64,000 nucleotides of DNA from Octopus bimaculoides (lineage: Eukaryota). The position numbers and the translations under genes were made by a program. The stretch covers positions 65,151,464-65,215,463 of the forward strand of contig NC_068985.1 of NCBI RefSeq assembly GCF_001194135.2. Direction: 5' to 3'. Under the pieces are notes generated by a model. That model saw only the letters and a program-made list of their open reading frames with translations, had not been told where the DNA came from and did no database searches. Positions 1 to 12,899 of this stretch are shown here, one piece after another. Position 1 is the stretch's first letter. Every line of letters begins with the position of its first letter.

Positions 1-2010
1 CATCCAGGAAGGAGAACATTGTTTTTCAGAAATCCTTTCTCAAAAAGATCTTGAATCATTCTGTTCTATGATCTGGAATGAAGAGAGATTTTATGACTGA
101 ATTCAGTTATAAAACAATACCGTAACATCAGCAGTAAATCAGATACAATCAACTTTGCACCATAGTTGTAGGCAAACTGTATGATGGGAAGGCACCTGGA
201 AGAGACTTAAGAGTTGGATACAGAAAGCCATTAATGTGTACATTCAAAAGAACTGTGGAAGGCAAGATTGACATATCAAATTGGTTTGCTATAGCAATGA
301 TAAATCTTGCAACTAAGAATGAACCACTAAGTAGACAGAAAACTTTAGGCCCATTACTTGCTAAAACATTATGTATAAGCTTTACCCAAGCTGCCTCACC
401 AAATTCTTCCATGATCATTCTGAGTCCCACAACATGGTAGTTTATGAAGAAGGGAGTGTGATAAGCAAAATTGTGCTGTCCAAAGAAAACACTACAGAAA
501 CTTTGTGACAGTGTGGCTCAGTTATCAGAAAGCATTCAGCTCTATTCCCCAATCATGGCTGCTTAAGTCTCTACACTTGGCAAAAGTACCTGTTACCTTA
601 TTTGCTGTCATTGAGAGGCTTGCAAAGACCTGGGCAAGAATCCTCACACTTACAGCTGAGAATGGAATGATTGTCTCTGTTGTAATAAGTATTTCAAAAA
701 GAATATTCCAAGCAGATAGTCTTTCTGTAATGGTGTTTATTTCAACATTAAATCTATTATCATTTCTCAGAAATCTTATGATTACTTATTAGGATCTACT
801 ACTGTTAGAGATAGCAATCTCACCCATAATTTCTTTGTAGATGATCTAAAGATCTATACTAAAAATGTTTACAATGTAAAGAAAAAAACAGCTGGAGTTA
901 ATTACATTTTCAGCAGACATAGGAATGGAATTTGATCAAAAGAAATGTTTGTATTTGATTACTGAACATAGAAAGTCATCCCCCTAAATCGAAAACTTAC
1001 GTATCAATCTCCTATTCCACACAAAGACTGCTACAAATATCAGGCATTGATGAAAACATATCCTATCAAAGTGCTGTGAATAAAGACAGAGTGACTCAAG
1101 AATATTACATCAAACATAGAAAAATATGGCGTTGGATCTCTCTTCTTACAATAAGACAATATCCTACAGTGCATTCGTAGTACCAGTGCTGATTACCAAC
1201 TTTTGGGGTATTTGACTGGTATGTAGAAAAAATCCACTCCATAAACATTAAAATCCACAATAACTGGACTAACATATCTCAAAGAAAACTTGGATGTGAA
1301 ATGCTCAATATATCAAAAAAAGATCATTCATGGCTATGTTTCCTGAAGACTCAAAGATGACACTAATATTAGCATGAAGTGCAGCCTTTCTTGAACTCAT
1401 GACTTTTATATCATAACACTTTGAAAACTGCATTTTCAATCCAAGAGCAAATGATTGCTGCAAAATACCTAATAAGTGCAAAACATAGGGAAGCTCTTGG
1501 AACCCAATATGCAACTAAGCATGTTGATTATGTCACATCTCTGTGGAAAGACATCACACATGTGGTCAGTAGCTGCCAAAAATTATCATCAAAATACTAT
1601 CTTTTCATGTGACATGACATTATTTCTAAAACAATATACAAGGCCATCTCAAAAAAGATTGTCTTCGGATATATTTGAAGAATTCTCTTACTATCAAATA
1701 CATACATAAACATCAACACAAGGAATTTTTGGTGAAATATTCCCAGCAAAACTTTTAGCAAGTGCAAATGTAACAGACCAGTTATTGTTTGGGACAGAGA
1801 AGAAAAAGTATGAACTTCTATAGAGGTCAGTTGCCCTACTGATGGGAATATCTCTTCAAAAATCAAAGAGAAGAGGATAACTAAGGGTAACTGCTTCAAA
1901 ACCTTCAGCTTCTATACCCAGATTATACATTCATATTTGCACCTATCTAGGCTGTTGGCTAGCTCTATGCTATATATCTCTTTGAGAAAAGTTCATTGAG
2001 GCACCTTGAT
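1..2010 (+). mobile_element. RLE-type non-LTR retrotransposon (R4/Dong/NeSL-like), degraded RT to endonuclease
   Basis: RT motifs WLSYQKAFSSIPQSW, IFQADSLS and FVDDLKIY (~835-860). A C-terminal PD-(D/E)xK-like stretch (VIVWDREEK..IEVSCPTDGNISSKIKEK) lies at ~1780-1880. Many stops and frameshifts. Confidence 0.8.
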
Positions 2011-2646
2011 AATGACAACTGCTGAAATATTTCCATAAATTATAATCTCTGATACAAGTGGGAAACTAAATTTGAAAGCAGATCAAATTTCTATGAAAAA
2101 AAAAAACTGAATTTTTTTTCAAATAATCAAATTTCAGTTCAAACTCTTTATAATTTCATTTTATGAAAACAACCTCATGATATCAATTTCAAATTTCAAA
2201 AACCTGAAATAGAACAGAATTAAAATTTGTATGAATTTATAGTTGTTTAAGGCAGGTTTTTACTATTTATGAACAATGTATTAGAAATAATATATTTATT
2301 CACTAATTTGTGACACAGTATGTTTATAATTTTTTGTTTCTTATGTGGCTTAATCTTTATGTACACAATGCTGGATTGTAAACAAAAATTAAAAAGATTT
2401 ATGTTTATATTTTTCTATTTTTACTCTAGACTACATGTATATGGCGAAGGGTACTTTTATTGTGTACTGAAGAAAGTAAGATAACACTTCATGGATTTAC
2501 AAAGAAATTAGGGTTGGAAAATACTGTGGCTCATGGCTTATTTCATAGATTAGAAAGTGAAGGATTTATTAAAAAACCTGCAAATGGAAAATTAAAACGG
2601 TAATTATATCATACACTGTTTTAAACAAATAAACAAAGAATATTGA

Positions 2647-2969
2647 TCATCATCATCATCATCATCATCATCGTTTAACATCCGCTTTCCATGCTAGCAT
2701 GGGTTGGACGATTTGACTGAGGACTGGTGAAACCGGATGGCAACACCAGGCTCCAATCTAATTTGGCAGAGTTTCTACAGCTGGATGCCCTTCCTAACGC
2801 CAACCACTCCGAGAGTGTAGTGGGTGCTTTTACGTGTCACCTGCACGAGGGCCAGTCAGGCGGTACTGGCAACGGCCACACTCAAAATGGTGTCTTTTAT
2901 GTGGCACCCGCACAAGATCCAGTCCAGGGGCACTGGCAACGATCTCGCTCGAAAATCCTATGAAGGCCA
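2647..2969 (-). mobile_element. RTE-type 3' tail module ((GAT)n tail, GGTTGGCGTTAGGAAGGGCATCCAGCTGTA motif, hairpin units); probably the 3' end of the RTE piece across the gap
   Basis: Reverse-complement match to 36500-36790, ending in a (CAT)n tract on the plus strand. Confidence 0.75.
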
Positions 2970-3251
2970 NNNNNNNNNNNNNNNNNNNNNNNNNNNNNNN
3001 NNNNNNNNNNNNNNNNNNNNNNNNNNNNNNNNNNNNNNNNNNNNNNNNNNNNNNNNNNNNNNNNNNNNNNNNNNNNNNNNNNNNNNNNNNNNNNNNNNNN
3101 NNNNNNNNNNNNNNNNNNNNNNNNNNNNNNNNNNNNNNNNNNNNNNNNNNNNNNNNNNNNNNNNNNNNNNNNNNNNNNNNNNNNNNNNNNNNNNNNNNNN
3201 NNNNNNNNNNNNNNNNNNNNNNNNNNNNNNNNNNNNNNNNNNNNNNNNNNN

Positions 3252-3590
3252 TGTTAGGGTGTGGCACTTTTTCACACAGCTATCCTCATCCATTCTCACC
3301 ACATGTCCATACCAGTGCAATCGTCTCTCTTGCACACCACAACTGATGCTTCTTATGTTCAGCTTTTCTCTCAAGATACTTACACTCTGACGGGTATGCA
3401 CACTGACATTACACATCCAGCGGAGCATACTGGCTTCATTCCGTGCGAGCTTATGCATGTCGTCAGCAGTCACAGCCCATGTTTCACTGCCATGTAGCAT
3501 GGCTGTTCGTACACATGCGTCATACAGTCTGCCTTTTACTCTGAGTGAGAGTCCCTTTGTCGCCAGCAGGGGTAAGAGCTCTCTTATTTG
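3252..3590 (-). mobile_element. RTE LINE fragment, post-RT C-terminus
   Basis: RELLPLLATKGLSLRVKGRLYDACVRTAMLHGSETW...RRLHWYGHV is typical of the RTE clade. Confidence 0.85.
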
Positions 3591-3929
3591 ATTAAACTTC
3601 ATTTGCAATAATATCACATTTTATAAATGTATATAATTTTAGATCAACCAAGATAATAGATCCAAAGAAATTAGCTGCAGGCTTGCAAAAATACTTCAGT
3701 AAAAGTGCTTTGGAAAATATGAAGGAAGACGAAAACTGTTATAATAATGTAAGTTGGCTTAATTCATAAAACCTAAATGGATTTTTTCAAAATATATTTA
3801 AAATTTGATTGGTTGTAACTAGCACCATCAGAAATTATCAAGGTATTGATTTGGTTAATGAATTGTATTAAAATATATTTAAGAACTTGTATGATTTTAT
3901 CCTGTACAGTTAATAATCACCTCTAACAA

Positions 3930-4270
3930 AATACACTCCTATGCAAATGATACTGCATTTCACTCCCCTTAATCTTTTGTACAAAGAAATGTTGTTCCAC
4001 ATGCATTGTAAAAACCTCACACAAGACACACAGTTACTCAACAAATTGAGATTTTGGAAACATCCTTCACATGGAGCACAAAAGCATCATATATTCGATG
4101 AAGTCTCTGTCACTACACATTTCTAATACTGCACCATCTCTAATTATAACCTGTCCATATTTTCCTACACATGCCAATCTACTATTGTTCAAGTAGATGA
4201 ATTGTATCACTTTCACTGATGTAAAAGGATCTGCAATTGTAATGGATACAATCTGTTCTCTTCTGTCTTT
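3930..4270 (+). mobile_element. Possible very degraded LINE RT remnant
   Basis: IHSYANDT (YADD-like) at ~3931-3955; the rest is barely alignable by eye. Confidence 0.3.
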
Positions 4271-4418
4271 AAAAAGATGATATATTATGTACACATAGTT
4301 TTCTTAATAAACATTGTTTATATAATTATTAATATATTATTTCTAATCACAATTATACTCAACAAAATCATAATTATATTTGTAATAATAATAATAATAA
4401 TTATAATGATAATAATAA

Positions 4419-5272
4419 ACCCCTTCATGGCAAATACTGGGCTAAACTAAATGTAAAAGAAATAGACAGAGAAAAATCCCAGCAATGGTTGAGAAGCTCA
4501 GGACTCAAAGCAGAGACTGAAGATTTTTTAATTGCAGCACAAGGCCAAAGCCTCCGCACCAGAAATTACCAAAAACATATAATGAAAAGAAACATAACAA
4601 GTAACTGCAGAATATGTGGAGATGGACAAGAAACAATAAATCATATTATCTCTGGCTGCCCAGTCCTGGCTAAGAAGAAATATATTCACAGACACGATAG
4701 AGTTGGGACCTACATACACTGGAAGCTATGCCAACACTATGGAATAACAACAGGAAAAAGATGGTATAAGCACATGCCAGAAAAGGTCACATAAAACGAG
4801 AAAGCAACCATACTCTGGGATATACCAATGCACACAGATCTAGAAATTAAGGCCGATAGGCCAGATATCATTGTCAGAGATCATGAAGAAAAAAAATGCT
4901 TTCTAATTGATGTATCAATACCAGCAGATGACAACGTTTTTCTAAAAGAAATGGAGAAACTTTCAAAATACAAAGACCTGGAAATAGAGGTAACTCGAAA
5001 GTGGAATCTAAAAACAGAAACAATTCCTATCATAGTAGGTGCATTAGGTATGATAAAAAAATATTCAGACAAATATATAACAAAAACACCAGGACTTACA
5101 AGTATATATAACATACAGAAAATTGCACTACTGGGCACTGCACTCATCCTACGCAAAACACTTTCAATACAGTAACCATAAGAGCATCACGGCAAACCAC
5201 AGTACATACTCAAGGCACACAGTGCTGCGCTCGGTAGTGAAGTGAAAGCACGCTATAAAAATAAAACTACTG
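4419..5272 (+). mobile_element. 5'-truncated Dong/R4-like RLE retrotransposon 3' end inserted in (TAA)n
   Basis: PLHGKY...CRICGDGQETINHIISGC (CCHC knuckle), RHDRV, RPDIIV..LIDVSIP..KEMEKLSKYKDL (RLE). One internal stop. TAA repeats on both sides (4383-4418, 5273-5288). Confidence 0.85.
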
Positions 5273-5408
5273 AATAATAAAAATAATAGCTGGAAAACAA
5301 AAAATGTAAGCATCTGTAAATATTAACTTCATTTGATAGCTATCGTATAATTATGTATAAGCAGGACCCTGGGAAATTCTACAAAATACAAAAACTGTAA
5401 GCGTCTTT

Positions 5409-5778
5409 AAAAGTAACATCCAATCATAGTGTAGAAAAGTAAATGTAATATCCAATATTTGTTGAGGATCCAGTATATAGAATACAGTAATCAATTATAT
5501 TGTAGGAAAGTAAAAGTAACATCCAATATTTGCTGTGGTTATGTATCTGTCTACTCTGAAAATACTGATAAACATTTAAAAGCACAAGACAAATGCCACC
5601 TTCCTTCAGTAATCACTCACTCTTTCTCTCTCAATTCCTCTCTGTCCCTCCTCTCTTTCACTCTGCCACTCACTTCAAATATACCTCCTCTTCTTAACAC
5701 TTTTTATTTCTCTTTTTCTTTCTACCTCTCCCTTCAACTGTAGAAAAGTAACAGTAACATCCACAGCTATTTGCTGAG
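5409..5778 (+). repeat. Four degenerate copies of TGTAGAAAAGTAA(N)GTAACATCCAATATTTGCTG
   Basis: Copies at ~5409-5424 (partial), 5430-5466, 5501-5535 and 5739-5778. Confidence 0.65.
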
Positions 5779-8700
5779 ATAAAGAAACAGACACAGGAAG
5801 AGAGAGTTATTGTTGTGGTGAAATCCTGACATACCTGTGGGATAGCAAGTAACTGTCCTAAACCGTATAAATGTGCATGCGCACTGTCAATGAGGGACAG
5901 TGTGGTGTGTGCAGGCATTTTGTAAAGACAGTTGTAGAAGTCTTAAACAAGAGATATTGTTTTTTTATGTGTTTGTATTATCATAATCTTGTTATAAGTC
6001 CACATTATAAAGTGGCATATACAATGAGTTTAAAGAAGGACATAATAGTGTCAACGAGACATTCGAAACTCACAGTGCACGTTCTTAGAATAGAAGACCT
6101 ATTAGCTTCTGTGGTTCAGTTGCAACGGCAACTACAACAACAAGAGAAACAGTTGCAACAGCAACTACAGCAGCAACAACAAGAACAACAGAAGCATCAA
6201 GAACAGGTACAACAGTAACTACAACAACAACAAAATCAACAGTTGTTGGAATTATTGTTGCAGTCAGACGTGGTTGCTAATTCAATTGAAGAATTCACGT
6301 ATAATCCAGAAGGGATTACTTTCTTTGCATACTTCAGAAGGTATGAAGGAATCTTCAAAGAACAGTGTAAAAGCTGGACAGACAAAAAGAAGGTATATCT
6401 TCTTTTAAGCAGAACATGAAAAGTTTTGTAATTACATCTTGCTGAGAAAACCATCCGAAATTTGTTTCAAGGAAACAATTAAACTATTGCCTAAAATATT
6501 CATTGAAAGAAGTTTACTATTTAATATTCGCTGGGAGTGTTTGAATTTGAAAAACAAAAGAAATGGAAGATTTTGTCATGTATGCCAGAATCGTAAATAG
6601 AGAATGTGAAAAATTTAAACTCAACAAATTAAGCCCAGACATGTTTAAATGTTTAATCTTCGTACAAGGATTAACGGCAAGTAAAGATGCAGAGACAAGG
6701 GCTCAAATATTGACAAAGCTTGAACAAGATTCAAAACTAACCCTACAAATAGTGGCTGAAGAATGCCAAAGAATTATGAATCTATGACAGGACAGAAAAA
6801 AATTGAAACAGATTATTCAAATATACATATGTGTCAACCGGTAATGGATTCAAAAAAAGAATAACAACAATCAAAACCAAAACCATATTATGGATGTGGA
6901 GAAATACATTTCAAAAGAAACTTTCCTTTTAAGAATCTAAAATGTTTTGGATGTGGGCACAAGAATTCACATTGTTGGATGAAACAAAAAAGTCAAACGA
7001 AAACAATTTGAGAGAAAAAGTATTGTCAACACAAATGCAAAGCGAGGCACAAAAAAGAAAATTTGTCTCTATAAAAATAAATAATGTGAATACGAGACTA
7101 CTGGTGGACACAGGTAGTGACATCACAATAATTAACGAGGACACATGGAAAAAAATGGGATGGCTTACATTGAAAAAAACTGCAAAAATGCCGGGAGGCA
7201 TCTCAAGAAAACAATTACAATTTCTGGGAAAAATGATTAGTGAGGTAACATTTCGTGGGTAAACTTTGAAGGCTAAAGTTTTTGTATCAAAAAATATAAC
7301 AAACCTTTTTGGTACAGACTGGATAGAATTGTTTAACTTATGGAACCTCCCCATAAATATTTTTTGCAATAATGTAAACAGTTATAATGCCAGTTCAAAC
7401 AAGGTGTCAAAAGATTTAAATGAAATTGAAAAAGATTTTTCCTGATGTTTTTTCAGAAGAATTAGGTAGATGCATCAAGAGAAAAGTAAAATTTCAAGTA
7501 AAAGAACATGCCATACTGGTGTTTAAATCGAAGCAAGCTGTACCTTTCAAATCAGTGGGGAATCAGATAAGCTAGAAAAACTTGGAGTTATAGAAAAAGT
7601 TGATTATTCAGAACGGGCAGCACCAACTGTTTATGTAGAGAAAAACAATATCAAAATATAAGTATGCACGGACTTTTCAACAGATTTGAATGAATGTTTA
7701 AGGACATGCAATTATACACTACCAAGTGCAGAGGAAATTTTTGCGAAACTCAATGGAGGGAAATTTTTCTCAAAATTGGACTTGTCAGAGGCATATTTAC
7801 AGTTACAAGTCGAGGAAGAATGTTCAAAATTATTAACAATAAACATGCATAAAGGTTTATATAAATTCAATTGACTTCCTTTCAGGATAAAAGTGACACC
7901 TAGTATTTTCCAACAGATACGGATTTCACTATAGCATATTTGGATGACATACTCATAAACATTGAGTCTAGTGGCCAACATAAGAAACATGTTGAAATGG
8001 TTTTTGAGAAGATAAAGGAGTTTGGATTCAAACTTAGCAAGGAAAAATTCAAATTTTTCATCCCAGAAATAAAATATCTTGAGCAAGTTATCGATAAGAA
8101 TGGTTGCAGGCCAGATCCTTCAAGATAGATGACAATAAAAAATATTACAACATTACAAGCATTCATAGGGCTCACAAACTATTACCAAACATACATGAGC
8201 TAAGAGCACCCCTAAACAACCTATTGCAAAAAGGCGTAAAATGGTTTTGGTCAGATAGGTGTCAAAAAGCATTCAAAGAAATTTTAAAAGTTTTAACATT
8301 GGAACTGTCATAATCGCACTTTGATCTAAATTTTTAAATAGTAGTAGCATCAGATGATAGCGAAAGTGGTATAGGAGTGGTAATTTTACACAAGTATGAA
8401 AATGGTAGTGTAAAACCCATCGCTCATGCTTCAAGTTCATTGTTGGTAGCTGAAAAAAACTACAGCCAAATTGAGGACGTACTAGCCATTATTTTTGCAG
8501 TGAAAAAATTTCACAAATTCATACATGGAGGGAAATTCGGTTTACAAACAGATCACTGCCCATTGTTATTAATTTACGGATCGAAAAAGGGTATCCCCAC
8601 ACATACAGCCAACCGATTGCAGCACTAGGGGATGATCCTGCTACATTAGGATTTTAAGATGGAATTTCTACTATCAAAAAAAATAGGACGCATAGATGAG

Positions 8701-9570
8701 CTGTCAGGATTGATTCCTAAATACAATGAACCATTAGAGGACATGGTAATAGCAGCATTAAAAGCCGAAATCGAAATAAAAAATATACTCTGCAATGTAG
8801 TACACAAACTACCTGTCATTTTAGAAGAAATAAAAATTAAAGCAGAGAAAGATGTGTTCATAATAAAAATCAAAAAAATAGTGAAGTTTGAAACAAATAC
8901 AAAAACTGAGTGTAACACAATTTCGAGATGATATTCCATATGTGATGACGTACTTATGTATGCTCAGAGGGTTTCTTTGCAAAACCGTATGTTAACAGAA
9001 TTCCACATGGGACACCCAGGAATCGCAAGAATGAAAGCATTGGTGAGAAGCTATGTTTACTAGCCAAATATGAATCAGGATATTGAAAAATTGATGAAAG
9101 CCTGCAGAGCTTGTGCCCTGGCAACATAGGCACCACCTGTAAAAATTCAACCTTGGACTGAACACTGACATACCTTAGTCAAGATTACACATAGGCTTCA
9201 CGGGACCGTTAAATGGAGGATATTATCTAATAGTTGTGGATAGTTACACAAAATGGCTGGAAATATGTAAATGTAGGAAGCCAACCTACAAAGTAATGTT
9301 GGAATTTCTGGACGGAATTTTTGTGCGCTATCGCATCCCAGACACTATAGTGTCCAATAATGGAACACACTTCATGTCAAAGGAATTTTAAAACTTTTGC
9401 AAAATGCATGCAATGGAACATATTACTATTCCACCATACCATCCAAGATCAAATGGACTAGTGGAATGTTTCATGACACATTTAAGAGGACACTGAAAAA
9501 AATCTAGAAATGAACTAGTAGCTGATGCTGCATTGACACAATTCTTTAGTGTCTACCAAATAACATCTAA
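5739..9570 (+). mobile_element. Ty3/Gypsy (Mag/K02A2.6-like) copy A, degraded, 3'-truncated
   Basis: Decayed PBS tagtgtcaacgag (~6046-6057), Q-rich gag, protease LLVDTGSDIT, RT (KLDLSEAYLQ, YLDDILI), RNase H (VASDDS..PIAHAS), integrase HMGHPG/CRAC and core (VVDSYTKW, PPYHPRSNG). The 5' LTR boundary is uncertain. Confidence 0.9.
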
Positions 9571-12500
9571 CCAAGTTTTCAACTTCTTTGTCCATGCTTG
9601 GCCAGTATATGAAACTTCACATCAGCACTTTCATTCTGGAGATGCTTGGGTGTCCCACATGGAACTCTGTTAGCATTCTCTTCTGTAATATCTGTGGTGT
9701 GACCATCCTCTGAGTGTACATTAGTACACCATCACATATAGAGTACATACTCACATCTTGGTGGTTCTTTGCATCAAACCTTTCTGTATTTCCTTTTGTT
9801 AACCAGTTTTCTTTTTGTCTCATTAATAAATTTGTTATTTCTCACATTTCTTTTTATTTCTTCCAAAGTTACTGGTAGTTCATGCATGAAGTTCCACATC
9901 ACTTCTTTTGTTTCCATGTCCACTCTTAGCGCTGCTATTATGGTGTCCTCCAGCAGTTCGTTATTTCTTGGAACTAATCTAGACAAACCATCAGCATGCC
10001 CCAACTTTTTTGAAAGCCGGTATTCCATTCTATAATCGTAGTTAAATAGAATGGTACCCCAACACTTCAGTCTGTTTGCTGTGTGTCGGGATTCCTTTCT
10101 TGGATCTGTATATCGTTATTAGAGTTTTATGGTACGTTTGCAACCAAAAACGTCTGTTGTGAATGAACCTGTGGAACATTTTCATGCCAAATATAATAGC
10201 CAATGCTTCTTTTTCAATCTGGTTATAGTGCTTTTCCACCAGCAATAATGTCCTTGATGTGTGAGCTATGGTCTTTCTCCTGCCATCATTATCCTTGTGT
10301 AGGAGCATGGCTCTTATCCCATACTTGCTAGCATCTATAGCTAGTATTATCTCTAACTTTGGGTTGAAATACATAAGATACAAGTCTGAAGTTAACAGAT
10401 TTAACTCGTTAAATGCTTTCTGGCATTTCTTTGTTCAAATCCATTTGGCATTATTTTATATCTGAACATGTGAACATGTACAATCCACGGTGCATGTTGA
10501 TTGTTAGTATATGCATGCAATCTTCTTCTAACTGAATTCTTTAAGTAGTGCCTTTACCTTATGTATATTCGGGATATACACTTAGTAATAATTTACCAAG
10601 CCTAAAGAATGCTTGTAGCATTGTCACATTTGTCAGAGGCAGCATATTTTGTATTGCTGTCACCCTTGATGGGTCCTGTCTGCGTCCACTTTTGTTAATT
10701 ACTTGACCTAGGTATTTTATTTTTTCAATCAAAAATTCACATTTTTCTTCTGCCAGTTTTAGCCCATATTCACTTATTGTCTCAAATATTTTTTTTTATG
10801 TGTTCAATGTGTTACACCCAAGACTTGCACTTTATCAAAATTTCATCAAGGTAGGCGATGGTGAAGTCGTAATCACTTACCATTGCATCCATTAACAGCA
10901 GTCATCTGAACATGTTGATTGTTAGTATATGCATGCAATCTTCTTCTAACTGAATTTGAAGGAATGTCTCTAAGAGGTCTAACTTCAAGAAAATTTTCCC
11001 TTCATTTAGTTTAGCAAATACTTTTCTGGGCTTGGTAGTGGGTAATTGTGTGTGAGTAAATGGTCGTTTAATCTGGTTGAGAAGTCTGCACACATTCTTA
11101 GCTTATTATTTTTTTTTTATGCAGACTGCTGGTGCAGTCTGCATGGTCAATCTTTTCAATTATATTCAGGCTTTCCAACCTTTCTAGTTCTTTATTGACC
11201 GGGTCTAGCGCGGCAAACCGCATGTCCCATTTGGGCCTGAAAATAGGTGTTGAATTTTCTTTGATAGCACTCTTTGCTTTTTTTATCTGTGAAACAACCT
11301 AAACCTTTCAAAAAAACTTTTAGGAAAGTTTCTTTCGTTTTTTGTCTCAGTTCATTGACCTCATTCAATCATTCGACTGCTCCATTTATGTTATTGCACA
11401 AAATGCTTATGGGTGTATCCCATAAATTAAATTTCTCCATACATTCAGTGCCAAGTAAATTTATGGATTTTTTCAATCCATAAACAATCACTTATTTGGT
11501 TTTTCAATTCAACCCATAAACATTCACTTTTTTAGTGTTTTCAATTCTCACATTCATGAATTTTCTGTTTGTTGTGGTCACAACTTTTCCTGCTGACAAA
11601 CTATTTATCTTTTCTTTTTTGTTCCATTTTCCTATCATTCTAGTTTTGCAGTGCAATTTTATATGTCCTGTAAACCTGCAGTGAAAACACTTTGATTTTT
11701 TATATGGACAATCTTTTTTCAGGTACATCCTACCACATGCCATACATGGGTCTACATCCCAATATTTTTTCTGTTTTTCCTGCAATACTTTATTTGTCTT
11801 CTGACTTTTTTGCACTGGTCTTATGTGAAAGCACTCTTTCTGTTGAATTTCTTCCATGTCATGCCTTAATTTTAATATCATGTCACACTCTTCCAACAGT
11901 TTCTGCAATGTCAAATCCTGGTTCATTTCCAGTTTTGCTAGAATTTTCGTTTGGATTTCTACATCTCTTTTATCTGTCAATCCTTGTGCAAAAATCAAAC
12001 GCTTAAAAGAATCTGGAGTAAGCATATCCAGTCTAAATCTCTCACATTCTTTGTTGACTCTGCCTGTGTAAGTAGTGAAATATTCATCTTCACTCTTTTC
12101 TATGTTTAAATATTTCCATTTAGTATTAAACAGTGAACTCTTTTCACTAAACATTTTGCACAAAATGTCAACTGTGTCGATGAAATTTATGTATAGATGC
12201 TTTTTTTGGCAATATGAAGTTACTATATTTCTCATGCTCTGCTGTCACTAGCTTTCTTAAAGGTAGATGCATTTTCATTTCATCCAATCCTGACATTCTT
12301 TTTCAAAAATTTGTTCAAATCTTTGAAAGTAAGCCTCGAAGGTTACTCCTTCTTCGGGGTCATATTTGAATTTGCTTATGGAATTTGCTACATGGTCAGG
12401 CAAAACTGTATTCTCTGGTTTGGTTATCAACTTCATTAGTTGTAACATTTGCTGCTGCAATCCTTGTTGTTGTTCTTGGTGTTCCTTGAGTTGTTGTTGT

Positions 12501-12886
12501 TGCTGTTTTTGAAACTCAACTACCCCAGCTAACAAGTCTTTGATATTTTATGATTTTTGTAAGTTTGCACAAGATTTTTGTTTCTTTTTTGTTGAGTTAT
12601 TTAATTTTCCACGTGAATTAGTTTAAACTCTCTGCGTGAATGTGTGTTTTTTTCACTCCATGTAAATTTGTTTTTCCTCATCAACACAGTTGTAAAGTGG
12701 GTTCCTCACTGGTGTGATGTGTGACTGCTGTTGTACTGAAGTTGTTGTTTTATGTTAGTAGCCACAATAGTTACTAGTTATTGGATACCGTTGTATCTCT
12801 TCGTACTGGAATAGTAATACACTCACTTCTTCTGTCTTACTATCACTGATAGCTCCACAAGATGCCAACTAGAACTATTGAGTCAC
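9571..12886 (-). mobile_element. Ty3/Gypsy (Mag-like) copy B with 5' LTR (~12690-12886), truncated after the integrase zinc finger
   Basis: Decayed PBS tgttgatgagg, Q-rich gag (FKYDPEEGVTFEAYFQRFE), RT KLDLLETFLQIQL, RNase H AIDASKYGI..EKEALAII, integrase FHVGHPSISRMK. Confidence 0.9.
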
Positions 12887-12899
12887 AACTCATCAACTC

